A stretch of DNA of 64,000 nucleotides from Octopus bimaculoides (GCF_001194135.2 NC_068983.1:150842569-150906568); one strand, 5' to 3'; positions 24,040 through 37,896 are shown, numbered from the stretch's first letter. Numbers and translations: made by a program. Notes: generated from the letters alone by a model not told the origin.

Positions 24040-24513
24040 AATTCTTTCAACTGTAGGCACAAGGTCTCAAATTTGGTAGAGGGTGGGGTATATCTATTTC
24101 ATCGACCCTAGTGCTCAGCTGATACGTATTTTATCGACCCTAAAACTGTGAAAGTTAAATTCGACTCAGAGCATAAAAAGCAAAAGAAAATAAAACCCAG
24201 AAATGCCACTACGCAATTTTGAGAGCCTTCTGATTCAAATCGTCCCCAGAACTTGATTGGTTCTTCATCTTTTCTGCCCTGGAGGAATGAAAGGTAAAAT
24301 TACCCCTTTCAAAAATTAAACGCCATGAAAAAATGTTAGGCATACCAAACGGCGTTTTTCTGAATGACTGGCAACTCACCGCCGTTATAATGTTTTGTAG
24401 TAGTAGTATTATTATTATTAATAATAATAATAATAATAATTCTTTGTACTATAGGCACAAGGCCTGATATTTTGGGGGAGGGGATTACATTGTCCCCAGT
24501 ATTTCACTAATAC
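24040..24513 (-). mobile_element. Three decayed SINE family B copies or fragments (24040-24235, 24240-24390, 24430-24513)
   Basis: Tail motif ggcacaagg at about 24056 and 24454; atcgacc and gaaaggtaaa motifs are present. Confidence 0.7.
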
Positions 24514-25559
24514 NNNNNNNNNNNNNNNNNNNNNNNNNNNNNNNNNNNNNNNNNNNNNNNNNNNNNNNNNNNNNNNNNNNNNNNNNNNNNNNNNNNNNNN
24601 NNNNNNNNNNNNNNNNNNNNNNNNNNNNNNNNNNNNNNNNNNNNNNNNNNNNNNNNNNNNNNNNNNNNNNNNNNNNNNNNNNNNNNNNNNNNNNNNNNNN
24701 NNNNNNNNNNNNNNNNNNNNNNNNNNNNNNNNNNNNNNNNNNNNNNNNNNNNNNNNNNNNNNNNNNNNNNNNNNNNNNNNNNNNNNNNNNNNNNNNNNNN
24801 NNNNNNNNNNNNNNNNNNNNNNNNNNNNNNNNNNNNNNNNNNNNNNNNNNNNNNNNNNNNNNNNNNNNNNNNNNNNNNNNNNNNNNNNNNNNNNNNNNNN
24901 NNNNNNNNNNNNNNNNNNNNNNNNNNNNNNNNNNNNNNNNNNNNNNNNNNNNNNNNNNNNNNNNNNNNNNNNNNNNNNNNNNNNNNNNNNNNNNNNNNNN
25001 NNNNNNNNNNNNNNNNNNNNNNNNNNNNNNNNNNNNNNNNNNNNNNNNNNNNNNNNNNNNNNNNNNNNNNNNNNNNNNNNNNNNNNNNNNNNNNNNNNNN
25101 NNNNNNNNNNNNNNNNNNNNNNNNNNNNNNNNNNNNNNNNNNNNNNNNNNNNNNNNNNNNNNNNNNNNNNNNNNNNNNNNNNNNNNNNNNNNNNNNNNNN
25201 NNNNNNNNNNNNNNNNNNNNNNNNNNNNNNNNNNNNNNNNNNNNNNNNNNNNNNNNNNNNNNNNNNNNNNNNNNNNNNNNNNNNNNNNNNNNNNNNNNNN
25301 NNNNNNNNNNNNNNNNNNNNNNNNNNNNNNNNNNNNNNNNNNNNNNNNNNNNNNNNNNNNNNNNNNNNNNNNNNNNNNNNNNNNNNNNNNNNNNNNNNNN
25401 NNNNNNNNNNNNNNNNNNNNNNNNNNNNNNNNNNNNNNNNNNNNNNNNNNNNNNNNNNNNNNNNNNNNNNATATATATATAGGATGAATCAGAATTTTGA
25501 GAAAATTTGTATGGATTTAGAAAAAGACGCAAAGCTCATCAAAGAAAAGCTGTATTTGA

Positions 25560-26480
25560 AAACAAATTGGTACGCATAATCTTGAGAATCCTTTTATCAC
25601 ACCTGTTTAATGAATCCAGTATTAGTGACTGCTTCAATACGGGATCGAAAGCGTCGTTATGCTTGAATCATATGATGTTTATCAGTTTTGAACACAGTGC
25701 TGGTTATGGCGGACTTGAGAGACTGTATGCTGTTATCGGGGTGTTGATTGACATCTCTCCCGAATACGCCCAGTACATAATAGTCCAGTGGATTGAGATC
25801 TGGTGAGGTAGAAGACCACGTGTCTGGAAGAACAAGACCGTAGAAGTTGACACTCATTTACACTTCGTTTGTCCTAGCCATATGAGACAGTGCAGAGTGT
25901 TGTTCCGTACTCTGTTTGTCCAGGACTCACAACTTTCTCCAGTACCTTTCTGTAGACAGTGGTATTGACTCTTAAGCCTTTTGAAAAAAAAAGTGAAGAG
26001 GCATGATATCTCCCTCGTTGCTGACGACCCCCAGAACCGTCACAATTGTTAGGAAGTTAGTATGCATTACCATTGGACTACATTCGTGTCTCTGCATGAT
26101 CAACTGTCGTCCCTTCGGTTTATCAGAGAAAAACCAAAGCATTCCAACCTCTTGGTGTTTTAATTTGTTTAGCAAGCGTTCTGCACGGACCGAACGATTC
26201 TTTCTTGTCATATCCAACATAACCTGATCCGCATCACATACAACTTATACCTGATGTCTTCATGTAAAACACTACTGATGGTGCATTCTGAAACTGAGGT
26301 AGGTCCTTTGCAATGGCTCTGATTGACTTTCCAAGGAGTTTTATCGAATATTTCTTGAACTTTTTGTACAAATTTAAGTGTTCTGACGGCATTAGGATCC
26401 CTTGAATGCGTTTAGCTGCTGATGTTGGATCCCTATTAAAAGCTTCCAGTTCCTTTCAAATTTTGACAACGAACGATCGG
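25560..26480 (-). mobile_element. Tc1/mariner transposase pseudogene, maT/DD37D (Bmmar1-like)
   Basis: HEDIRYKLYVMR, LLNKLKH...WFFSD, VMHTNF..VTVLGVVSNEGDIMPLHFF, WSSTSPDLNPLDYYVLGV. Confidence 0.85.
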
Positions 26481-26559
26481 GCAACTTTCAGGAACGAGCT
26501 ATCTCTGTGCTGCGCTTGTATGAATGTATACATGTATGTATGTATGTATGTATGTATGT

Positions 26560-26712
26560 ACCAGTGCGTAACTGGTACTTATTTAATCGACCCCGAAAGG
26601 ATGAAAGGCAAAGTTGACCTCGGTGCGATTTGAACTCAGAACTTAGCGGCAGACGAAATACTGCTAAGCATCTCACCCGGCGTGCTAACGATTCTGCCAG
26701 CTCGCCGCCTTG
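26560..26712 (-). mobile_element. SINE family B, well-preserved 5' two-thirds
   Basis: ccagtgcgtaactggtacttatttaatcgaccccgaaaggatgaaaggcaaagttgacctcgg...ctaacgattctgccagctcgcc. Confidence 0.9.
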
Positions 26713-26771
26713 TCACAATTTATGTATTACATATATGTACTTCATAATGTATGACATATAATTCCTTTATG

Positions 26772-26834
<63 letters not shown>

Positions 26835-27972
26835 CATACATACAGACATATATACCTGTATATACCTTCCCACACGTATATATATGTGGATGTGCATAAA
26901 ATTAAAATGTTTGATATGAGCTAAATACACGAAATGATACATACATGCATAGATATATACATATATACATACAAACATGCATACATACACACACGCACGC
27001 GCTCGCACACCCACACACAGACACGCCCACCCACATAATGTAGTTTAATAAACATGAGAAACAAATAGAGTAAGGAACCCATACAAAGAGCATTGCACTT
27101 ATTTACACACCAGCCATTCATTGTACTAAAGCAAGTGCACCCGCCTCTCCCTATAATCCTTTTTCTAGTCGACTAAACCTTTAAGGGTCCTGATACCCAC
27201 TAGGGTCTCTTCATTGTCTGTTTGTACACCAGCGTCGTATTCATAAACATTTTAATGTGTAAGTGTTCCTAGTCATGGCGTCCAAACTCGCGTTTCGTCA
27301 ACAATTGTCTTATTGTTCTCTAGGTCATAGAGTTTTCTTTCGGATCACTGTGAAGTCGAGTAATCTGGTGATAGAATTCTACAACTATACAGAATCTTCA
27401 TATTTAGCCAGAGACCATTATGCAATGAGGAACTCTAGTTAAGAGCAAAGCAAATTGCACATATGTAATAGCGTTCGAGCTAAAAACAACAATCTTACTG
27501 TATATAAGATATATATATATATGTGTGTGTGTGTGTATCTGTGTGTCTGTGCATGTGTGTATATGTGTATATATTTACTGCATATGATATGTATGTGTGT
27601 GTGTGTGCATGTGTATGTATGTGTGTGTGTATATATATATATATATACATATGTTGTATATACAACAAATATATATTTTATATTATATACACATACATAA
27701 ACATACATTCATATCGCACTCTCGTTACACACATACATACACACTTGCACACACACACGCACATTTATGCGCATGCGTACATATGCAAACACACATACAC
27801 ACATATATATATATATATGCATAAGATCATAGATATTTTATGCAGCATAAAACTGTATGTGTGTTTAGGTGTACGTCTGTGGAAGAGAGCATTTGTTGTT
27901 TGAGATTTAATGGATAAAATATAAAGACAGAGATATACAGAAATAGATGGATAGTTAGTTAGTGTGTGTGTA

Positions 27973-28008
<36 letters not shown>

Positions 28009-28099
28009 TGAGAGAAGGAGAGAGAAAGTGATCGTCTTGGGAAATATCTTGCATCTGTGTCCATCCAGTTTTAAGAATCAAAATACCAAAACAAAATGT

Positions 28100-28478
28100 C
28101 TTTAATAGACACACTAGTCCGGAAGGCAGGTAGAGCAGAAGAAGATGGCGAAAGTATTTTATTGAATTGTATTGCGAAGGTTGAAGGAAGAGGAGAAAGA
28201 ATGGAGAAAGAATAGGATTAAGACTGTGATAAAGAGTGAAACATAGAGAAGACTAAGAAGAAGAAGAAGGAGAAGAAAAAAAAGAAGATTATCTCAGAAG
28301 GTTATATAGAAGAATGAAAGAGGAAGAATTACGAAAACAGATGTAGAAGAGGTGAAAGACGTGAGAAGCGGATATCGGAATGAAGCGAATAAGTTGTGAA
28401 GAATATAGAAAGGAGAGTGAGGGACAGAGAAAGAGAGGTGTAGAGAGAAGAGAGAGAGAGAGAGGCAGAGGGAGGGAG

Positions 28479-28526
<48 letters not shown>

Positions 28527-28560
28527 GGAGAGAAAGAGTATTAGAAGGAAGAAGAAATAA
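28100..28560. repeat. Purine-rich (GAA)/(GA)n low-complexity tract
   Basis: Seen directly in the sequence. Confidence 0.85.
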
Positions 28561-28725
28561 AAGTAGATTGAAGTGAATGGTTTATAGATATTATAAAATT
28601 CAGAGGAACTGCCAAAATTGCTACTGGTTATGGAAAACCAATAAAAGAGTGTTATGATTGTATCACTGCGAAAGTTTCGGGAATAGAGATACACATACAC
28701 TCGCATTAATACACACAGAGACAAT

Positions 28726-28782
<57 letters not shown>

Positions 28783-29399
28783 CATAAAATGTACGCACAT
28801 ACACACACATATATATGTATATGTGTGTGTCTTTCTATGTATGTGTCTTTCTATGTATGTGTGTATATGTGTATAAAGCATATACATATCTATATAAATA
28901 CTTATACGCATATACACACACTCACACACACACACACACATACACACATACATACACACACACTCACAGATGCATCTTCATGTATAAATGAATAGCAAGA
29001 TAATCTGATGCAAGTAGGCACATAAATACACTCACTTTCATGCACACGTGTGCACATACACAGGCATATGCTTACATACATGTATACAAGCATACACACA
29101 TATACACCCGTGTGTTTGTGTGTGTGTAAACAATGTAAAACATATCTTTATAAACACCAGTATGAGACACATACCGATTGGAAGATGGGTACGGATAGAA
29201 TTATATAGCTATAGATAGCTGAAGATATAGATATTTATGACTATAGAGATATACTGATACATAGACGCATGAGAATTTATGTATATTTTTCTGTCAGATT
29301 TCAGCTCTTTGCAGACTTCAAATCGGCCAAAGTGTCAAGTTTCTTTGGTTTGAGTGAAGACAGTTCGAAGGATTTTTAAATGAGTAGATAGAAGGACCC

Positions 29400-29712
29400 C
29401 GTCCCCTTTGGTCTTTAATGACCATGGAATTGAACCTACAAAGTTACCCTCCGAGGCACAAGTACAGGCAAGGTTCTTTATGGAAGACCAGCAGTCACCC
29501 AAACATACCAGCTTCTCCTCTCCCCGCCACCGATGTTATCCAAGGGAAAGACCAATACAGTTTGGCATCAGTGACGTCACAACTCATTTTTACAGCTGAC
29601 TGAACAGGAGCTACGTGAAATAAAGTGTCTTGCTCAAGAACACAACACACAGCTCGGTCCACGAATCGAACTCACTACCCCGACGCTCTAACCACTGAGC
29701 TATGGGCCTTCG
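29400..29712 (-). mobile_element. SINE family D (tRNA-like head + CORE-like domain)
   Basis: The reverse strand reads gaaggcccatagctcagtggttagagcgtcgg...gttcgattcg...gttgtgttcttgagcaagacactttatttcacgtagctcc...cagctgtaaaaatgag, similar to the CORE consensus (ccttgggcaagtcactt...ctgtaaaatg). Confidence 0.75.
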
Positions 29713-29734
29713 TGATGAGTAAATGAGTAAATAA

Positions 29735-29901
29735 ATGTGTAGTTCTGTTGTGTCTGGGGAGAGTCATTTTCTTTTTGTGCCTTATTATTTAACACACTCA
29801 CCTGTAAAATTTCCACCTATTTCTTATTTTTATTTTCCTAAAATTTTCGTTGCGTCTTGCAACCTTTTCAATAGTCTTGACTATTGAAAAGGTTGCAAGA
29901 C
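29735..29901 (-). mobile_element. Probable Penelope-type terminal fragment with a hammerhead-like core and a 23-bp inverted duplication
   Basis: The reverse strand of 29838-29876 reads cta-ttgaaaa-g-gttgc aagac gcaac-gaaa-att-t-tag. There is a perfect inverted repeat at 29854-29876 / 29879-29901. Confidence 0.5.
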
Positions 29902-30164
29902 TATTGAACAGAATATGCTTCAACACACGAACTCACATAAAGAATCTTGCAAACCAAATCCAGAAACGAAATGTGTAAGTATTTGTAAGTGTATGAGTGA
30001 ACATACAATCATGTAAGAGTTGTGTGTCCCTTCTTTAGAATACAAGTGCGTGTGTGTGTGTGTGTGTGGTTACTCTTTATGTATGTATGTGTACAGGTGA
30101 TTGCGTTCATATTTGCATTTCATTAGGTGAAAGCGCGTGGCTAAGTGGCAAGGATATTCGGCGT

Positions 30165-30272
30165 AAAATGTATGTCTGTGGAGTGCGCAGCCACTTATAC
30201 GTGAGTTTCACGATTAGGCTGTTCCATTGATCATATCAGCTGGAACAATCGTCGTCTTAGCCGACGGAGAGC
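30165..30272 (+). mobile_element. SINE family C tail fragment
   Basis: gtctgtggagtgcgcagccactt...gctgttccattgatc...ccgacggagagcca. Confidence 0.75.
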
Positions 30273-30299
30273 CAAACCATTTCAGGAAACTCAAAATGG

Positions 30300-30795
30300 A
30301 GAAAGCTGAGTATGTGATTAAAAGCTTGCTTCCCATCCAGATTGTTCCGGGTTCAATCCCACTAGTTGGAAACTTGAGTGAGTGTTTTCATCTCTGGTCC
30401 TGGAGCGACCAAAGCATTGTGAGTAGATTTGGTAGACGGAAACTGAAAGCTCATTGTATGTGTGTGTGCGTGTATGTATGTATGTATGTATGTATGTATG
30501 TATGTATGTATGTATGTATATGTGTATGTATGTATGTATGTATGTATGTATGTATGCATATATGTATGTATGTGTGTATGTGTTTGTGTGTGCTCTCTCC
30601 ACCATTTGAAAAAAATTAGTGTTGGTTTGTTTACGTCTCTGTTATTTAGCAGTTCAACAAAAACGAGTATTGATATAAAAAATGCCAGGCTTAAAAAATT
30701 AAGCAGTGGAATCGATTTCCTCAATCAAATCCTTCAAGACGGTGCCCCAGCATGGTCGCAGTCCAATGAGTGAAACAAGTAAAAGGTAAAAGATA
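30300..30795 (+). mobile_element. SINE family A, decayed full length with internal (TATG)n
   Basis: Head at 30300-30450, (TATG)n at about 30455-30580, tail ending gacggtgccccagcatggtcgcagtccaatgagtgaaacaagtaaaagg. Confidence 0.8.
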
Positions 30796-31261
30796 ATGAC
30801 AAATCTTTGCTATATCAATAACCTTTTGAATTTGAAAGTTAAGAGTCACTTTGCTTTACATTTTTCTTGGAAAACTAAGATCCACCCAGGCTTTATGGTA
30901 ATCTGTGGTGGTATAACCCTGTGCATCTATAATAATAGATTCAAATGAGAAACTTGGCAAGACACAAAAGCTGTAGGCCCATCGTATTCGTTCTATTTTC
31001 TCACACCTTAGACGAGAACTCCGCCTCTACTGAGCAACTGACCTCTGTGACAGTGTATGCTTTTGTTCCATGTTCCAAATATCAATGCTAGTTTTATCGT
31101 TTTCGTACTGAATAGCGATATTTAATGCTTGTCTTCCGGTGTTCCTTATTTTTAATAGCATGGATGTGTAATCTGTAAAAGCATGTGTTTATGTCTGTAT
31201 AGTTAATAAGTTAGGTCAATAAAAGGGTTGAAATATTCGTCTACGTAAATATAATCCTGTA

Positions 31262-31320
<59 letters not shown>
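31262..31320. repeat. (TATC)n microsatellite
   Basis: Seen directly in the sequence. Confidence 0.95.
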
Positions 31321-31749
31321 GTCTGTGTGTGCATTTAAGATTCGCACCATTGATCATCCACATATATTTCTTTATGTATAAACTTTTTAGAAAATTCTCG
31401 ATATGGTCATAATAGTTGAAGATTTTCTTGAATTAGAAATTAACTCTACAAAAAAAAAAATAAAACCTTCAAAAGACAATTACACAAATCTTGACAGAAG
31501 CTTTTGTGTTAAGCGTTTTCCGATGCTTTCAGCTTTGAAACACGCGTGTTATAAAGTAATCTGCATTGAAGAAGTTGTTTTTAGTTGTGTTGCCTGTTTC
31601 CGGCTTGTTTTTCAGATTTAGAATTCTTATAAAATATTCTTCTTTTGCCTTTCCTAGTTGATGACTATTTAAAATTTTTCATTTCCACAAATATCTAGAT
31701 GTTCACTACACAGAACATTTCTAAGAAATGAATATTAGATGTTATGCTT

Positions 31750-32520
31750 ATGTACCATAATCCGATGTATTACTTTTGATCCTCTTTGGTCGATATTGTT
31801 CTCATTACATTGTTGGCATGTTCAGCTGTCGTCTTTGAGACTTAATGATTGGCGTAGAAGTGGAAGGTATCATTTGTCTGAATGTAAGAAGCTATGGCTT
31901 TTAGGATCATGAGTGACTACACATATAATATTTATGTCTTTGTTTCTTGCCATCACCTTCATTGTGAGTGTTTCTTTGAGAGCCTGCGGTTGAGACTAAC
32001 CTTTGCCTTGGTTACGATTCGATTTACTAAGTGTTCCGGGTATTTGTGTTTGTGAAGGAACATTTTTAGTCTACTCGATTTCCTTACTATCAAAGTCGAT
32101 GGGGTCGCTTTATGAATGCTATTTATGAATTTCAAGAATCTTGAAGGTCTTAATTCTGTCACAAAATATAAGCAGTCAACCAGGGATCTTTTCTAGTTTC
32201 CATTTCAAAAGGATTGCAAATAGTGATGAAAAGTAATACAAAATCGGACAGGAGATGTTTTCTTCAAAGAATCCAGTCTCTGGTGTTGCAAACGTAGAGG
32301 CAACTTCCGTGGCCATGTCTGTGCATTTCATTTGAAAGCAATATTGGTTATCAAAGAAGTAGTTGTCTTCTTGCACGAATCGTAATTCTTCAGTGAAAAA
32401 TCTGTTACGAATTTATCCTGCATTCCGTCTTTCCAAAATTCAATTATTTTGAATCTCATAACACGACATAACACGACAATCATAACACCACAATTATACT
32501 TTCTTCTATGTTTGGGTAAT
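31750..32520 (-). mobile_element. Penelope-like element reverse transcriptase, decayed
   Basis: NYFFDNQYCFQMKCTDMATEVASTFA..ETGFFEE (cf. NYFxF.G.YYxQ..GxAMG..xAP.xAN), FLKFINSIH, LKMFLHKHKYPEHLVNRIVTKA. Confidence 0.75.
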
Positions 32521-32639
32521 TCTGTTTTTTCATTGTATTTTTTTATATAATAAATAATTTTTATTTAAAGATAACTTTACTTCATACATATAAATGGAAA
32601 TACGCTTATATATATGTATATATATATATATATATATAT

Positions 32640-32902
32640 TGTTATTGTTGTTGGCACTCCATCGCTTACGAAGTCGAGGGTTCCAGTTGATCCGATCAAC
32701 GGAACAGCCTGCTCGTGAAATTAACGTGCAAGTGGCTGAGCACTCCACAGACACGTATACCCTTAACGTAGTTCTCGGGGATATTCAGCGTGACACAGTG
32801 TGACAAGGCTGACCCTTTGAATTACAGGCACAGAAGAAACAGGAAGTAAGAGTAAGAGAAAGTTGTGGCGAAAGAGTACAGCAGGGTTCGCCACCATCCC
32901 CT
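32640..32902 (-). mobile_element. SINE family C, 3' two-thirds, truncated by a gap
   Basis: Near-identical to 23610-23865. Confidence 0.9.
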
Positions 32903-34739
32903 NNNNNNNNNNNNNNNNNNNNNNNNNNNNNNNNNNNNNNNNNNNNNNNNNNNNNNNNNNNNNNNNNNNNNNNNNNNNNNNNNNNNNNNNNNNNNNNNNN
33001 NNNNNNNNNNNNNNNNNNNNNNNNNNNNNNNNNNNNNNNNNNNNNNNNNNNNNNNNNNNNNNNNNNNNNNNNNNNNNNNNNNNNNNNNNNNNNNNNNNNN
33101 NNNNNNNNNNNNNNNNNNNNNNNNNNNNNNNNNNNNNNNNNNNNNNNNNNNNNNNNNNNNNNNNNNNNNNNNNNNNNNNNNNNNNNNNNNNNNNNNNNNN
33201 NNNNNNNNNNNNNNNNNNNNNNNNNNNNNNNNNNNNNNNNNNNNNNNNNNNNNNNNNNNNNNNNNNNNNNNNNNNNNNNNNNNNNNNNNNNNNNNNNNNN
33301 NNNNNNNNNNNNNNNNNNNNNNNNNNNNNNNNNNNNNNNNNNNNNNNNNNNNNNNNNNNNNNNNNNNNNNNNNNNNNNNNNNNNNNNNNNNNNNNNNNNN
33401 NNNNNNNNNNNNNNNNNNNNNNNNNNNNNNNNNNNNNNNNNNNNNNNNNNNNNNNNNNNNNNNNNNNNNNNNNNNNNNNNNNNNNNNNNNNNNNNNNNNN
33501 NNNNNNNNNNNNNNNNNNNNNNNNNNNNNNNNNNNNNNNNNNNATATATACATATAAGAAGGAATGACCCCTAAGTGGACATCCGATATGCTAGAAAGAG
33601 GTCATCAACGATCCAACCACAAAGAAAAATAATGTTCTCCAGAAAAAATTCAGCAAACACCAGAACATAAGTAGGCAAGACAAAATGGAAAATATACAAA
33701 ATAAAGAATTAATCTTATACCGGTTTCCCCATCAACTTTTTTACTTACCTAAAAACGTCCGCGGTTCATCAGTATAATCGTTCTAAATTCAAAATAATTT
33801 GCAGAACTATACACGAATTGTCTTCATAAAATTTGACATGCGTACAGTTCTACCAATTACATTGGGGTTATTTTTCAAATGTCTCAGCTGTGGCCCGCTA
33901 AATTTCGGAAACAGTTCTGCAGAAGATAATTCACTGCAGTAGCCGGCAACATATACTTTATGTTGCCGGTTTTTTATGAGGTGCTTTGTGTCTTCTTAGC
34001 AAGAAACTTTTAGAATCCCTTATTATACAGTGTATATTAAATCACACACACACACAATATCTATATCATATACATATACATACAAATGTCTATATCTATC
34101 TATCTATCTATCTATATATCTATCTATCTATCTATCTANNNNNNNNNNNNNNNNNNNNNNNNNNNNNNNNNNNNNNNNNNNNNNNNNNNNNNNNNNNNNN
34201 NNNNNNNNNNNNNNNNNNNNNNNNNNNNNNNNNNNNNNATATATAAACAGAAGCTGGCACTCACTCGCAGACAAACATACACAGTCGAATATCACACAGC
34301 ACTAAATCAAAAGATAAAAGAAATAGCGCACTAACAACAATAACAACGACACTAACAACGACAAGAATAACGAGTCAATATTCAATGGTAATAATAAAAG
34401 TAAAAAGAAACAACAATAAAATGCACACGCACTCTTCGAGAGAAGCCAACAACATATAATATGACAACAATAAAAACAATATAAGTATGATTTCGTCGGA
34501 CGGAGGTGTAAAAGCAGGCTATAGATAATCTATTGGGAAATCAAAGAAAGTTGTTAGTTAGAATACGACATTCTAAAGGGAAATAATACAGTACCATATG
34601 AGCTTTCAATCTTAAAAATCTTGCTTCGTACTCACTAAGTATGTACATATGTGCATATACATCAGCAGATGCTGAATCACACATACATTATACACATGCT
34701 CAAATATAAAACTATATAACACAGACTATATATATACAT

Positions 34740-34773
34740 TTGATATACATACATTCTCTCTCTCTCTCTCTCT

Positions 34774-34841
<68 letters not shown>

Positions 34842-34842
34842 T
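34740..34842. repeat. (CT)n(CA)n microsatellite
   Basis: Seen directly in the sequence. Confidence 0.95.
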
Positions 34843-35381
34843 GTGTATTGTGCATAAATGTTCGTAAATACGCATTTATTTATGCCAGCACAATTGTGTA
34901 TATGTAATTGTGGGGGAAATTAAGATAGGGTAGGCGGATGGGTTTAAAGTGTGCAAAATGAGTGTGTAAGTGTGTGTGTGTGTGTGTGTAAGTGCGTGCG
35001 ATAGCGGGAGTGTTTGACTTATTTTTGATTCATCACAAAGCATGGAGAGACAAGAATAGTTGATATATATATATTCATCATTCATACATACGTGCATATA
35101 TATGTATATATACACACACATATATATGTGTGTGTGTATGTGTATATATACATATATATGTATACATATCTGTATACATACACACACGAACGCACACACA
35201 CACACGAACGCACACACACACACGAACGCACACACACACACACATACACACACACACACATATATATGTATATGTATATATATATAGAGTTATTAATATT
35301 TCTAAGTCTCTCTAAAGGAGACTACGGCAGCGGTACTGGAAATTAATAGTTATNNNNNNNNNNTGGAGAGAGAGAGATAGT

Positions 35382-35435
<54 letters not shown>

Positions 35436-37316
35436 TAGATATAGATATGTATAAACGTATATATGTACATATAGAAGCATGCGCATAGATTGATACATAC
35501 TCACACGCATATGCGCGCGCGTTATTTAGGTTACATTGCTGTATGATTTAGATCTTTGGAGGATCTTCCTCGAATGTAATACCGCATCCTATCAAAGTCC
35601 AGACGTAATTAGTTTAGTTACATTGCATATTTTTACATTACTGCAGGAAGAAGTGTTGAAATTATTTTCTTCCACCAAACATAAATCGTAATTATGGGTC
35701 GTATTTAGGTATGGTTTGGTGGAGGTGAGTGACACTGTCTCATTGATTTTCTGGGAGCAATGTATGTGTAATCTTGCATATGTGGTTAGCCTCGGTTATT
35801 TTAGTATGATGACCAGATATCAAGTTTAGCATATTGGTGTAACAGCTGTAACTCACTTTTATGTTACTCCTATTGGCTAATTTTCTGTATTGGACATATT
35901 AACAGCATATAACGACCGTTTGTTCGTAGTTTTACAAATCATCCCTTCAGTGAGCTTATATATTAACTCCTCAGTCAGTCGATATGTTGGTACTTTGGCA
36001 ATAGAAAATGTTATTGTGGGTGGTGAATATTGCCTTTTCAATTTCCGTCTCCGACGTTAACACACGATACTTTAGTATTTTACGCATTTGGTTATATATA
36101 TTTGCGTACATGCACTCTAGTTGTGCTAAGGCACTAACTTCAGTGTTATAATCAATTAGTTATACACTGATACTCTTTTGTTGATTTCGTAAAAATGGAA
36201 ACAAAATAACATATGAGAGATTTAGAATATGAAACCGAAATAACCACTATCCTCAAAACACATTTTGTCCGACGATGTAGTATATGTAGTCGTAATACTT
36301 GTTGTTGTTATTGCCTAGCCTAAGGCAAATCTAGGTTAAATAGATCTGTGAATACATTATAAACTTTGCATTTTTCAGTTTTAGATCACTCATATCTGAG
36401 AAGTTTTGGTTATTCTTTCTGGAAGACCAAGTAATCGAATTTTTCTCTTTACATAGTAATAATTGTATAATTAGCTGTAGTAGCATAGCAACATCGCTGG
36501 TATTAGTTTATGTTGTAGGAGTAATAAAGGGTTATAGTAAATAGTGTAAGAAAAGACGAATGTGAAAGGAGTAATTTTTGAAATTGAGAAAAAGCGGAAC
36601 AGTTATGGAAATAAATAGGTTATGTGGTGAGGAAAAGGTCGAGGGAGAGTGGATAAAAGGGATCATAAGAGAAGAGTGAGAAAAGAAGGGAAGGAGGGAA
36701 GTAAAACAGAAGTGAAGAGAGAAAGAAAGAAAACAAGACTGCAAAGAAGGACAACGAAAATGAAGAGTAACTTACATATATGACATACGTACAAAATACA
36801 TATTAATGCGTACACATAAAATGTATGTATGTATATATGTATGTATGTTTGCATGTATGCTTGTATGTATGTATGTATGTATGTATGTATGTATGTATGT
36901 ATGTATGAATGTGTTTATGTATGAATATATATATATATATATGTATGCATGTATGCATGTGTGAATGTGTGTGTGTGATGGAAGCAGGCTCATTAATGAG
37001 CTAAGATCTCAAAAAATCGAATACGAGACGAAGGTTTTGATTCCAGTAATCAACTTTAGAAGGTAAAATGTCCCTTTCTCAAAGATGAAAATACGTTAAA
37101 TTAAAAATTTTGAAGTAACATTGATTTGCGGAAACTTATTTCTTGAAAACCATACATAGCCAAAGATGAAAACGGATTCACGGCATATGTTTATACTGTT
37201 GTGTCACCATGACCCTGGAATGAAACATGCAAATAAAGAAAACTAATTCCATTTTGCAAATAAAATAAAACCTTTGCTATTTCTGTTTTTTTAATTTTTT
37301 TTATTATTTTCAATAA

Positions 37317-37515
37317 AGGCAGCGAACTCGTTGAAACGTTAGTACGCCGGGCAATATACTTTGCAATTTCTTCCATCTTTACGCTTTGAGTTAAAATTCG
37401 CCATTATCGACCTTGCCTTTCATCCTTCTGGAGTCAATATATCAAGTACCAGTTGAAATCTGGGGTCAATGTAGTCCCACCACCCAAACTACAGGCCTTG
37501 TGCCTATAAGTGAAA
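37317..37515 (+). mobile_element. SINE family B
   Basis: ggcagcgaactc...gaaacgttagtacgccgggc...atcgaccttgcctttcatccttctggagtc...aagtaccagttg...caggccttgtgcctata. Confidence 0.8.
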
Positions 37516-37896
37516 GGCTATTTCTTTTGTTCTATCCAAAGCAGTGCACTGATTGTAACCCATGCAGGTAGTCACACGGTAAGGAATTTAACGTTGATTT
37601 TGTTGTTTAGATCTTATATATCTCAAGTCGAGGAAACCTATAATAACATAAATATGTACACATTCATATCATATATACATATACATCTGTATATACATGT
37701 ATACATATATGTTTATATATCAATTTATTCATCGACAGAAGTTACAAAGTGATTCAAAGTTTGTGAGTTAATAAATAGTTATTTAGTTAACTCCTTATCT
37801 TATCTTCCTCCGATATAGTTCTATCGCTCTCATAAGTTTCTCCAAGTAGAAGGGAGGAATGCAAAAAACGATTTTGACTTAGCCAGACCATACAGG

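Noticed and set aside
33720-33940. FSGPQLR-like peptide on the minus strand resembling Chapaev FVGPQIR
   Set aside because: Only one short motif; flanking motifs could not be recovered.
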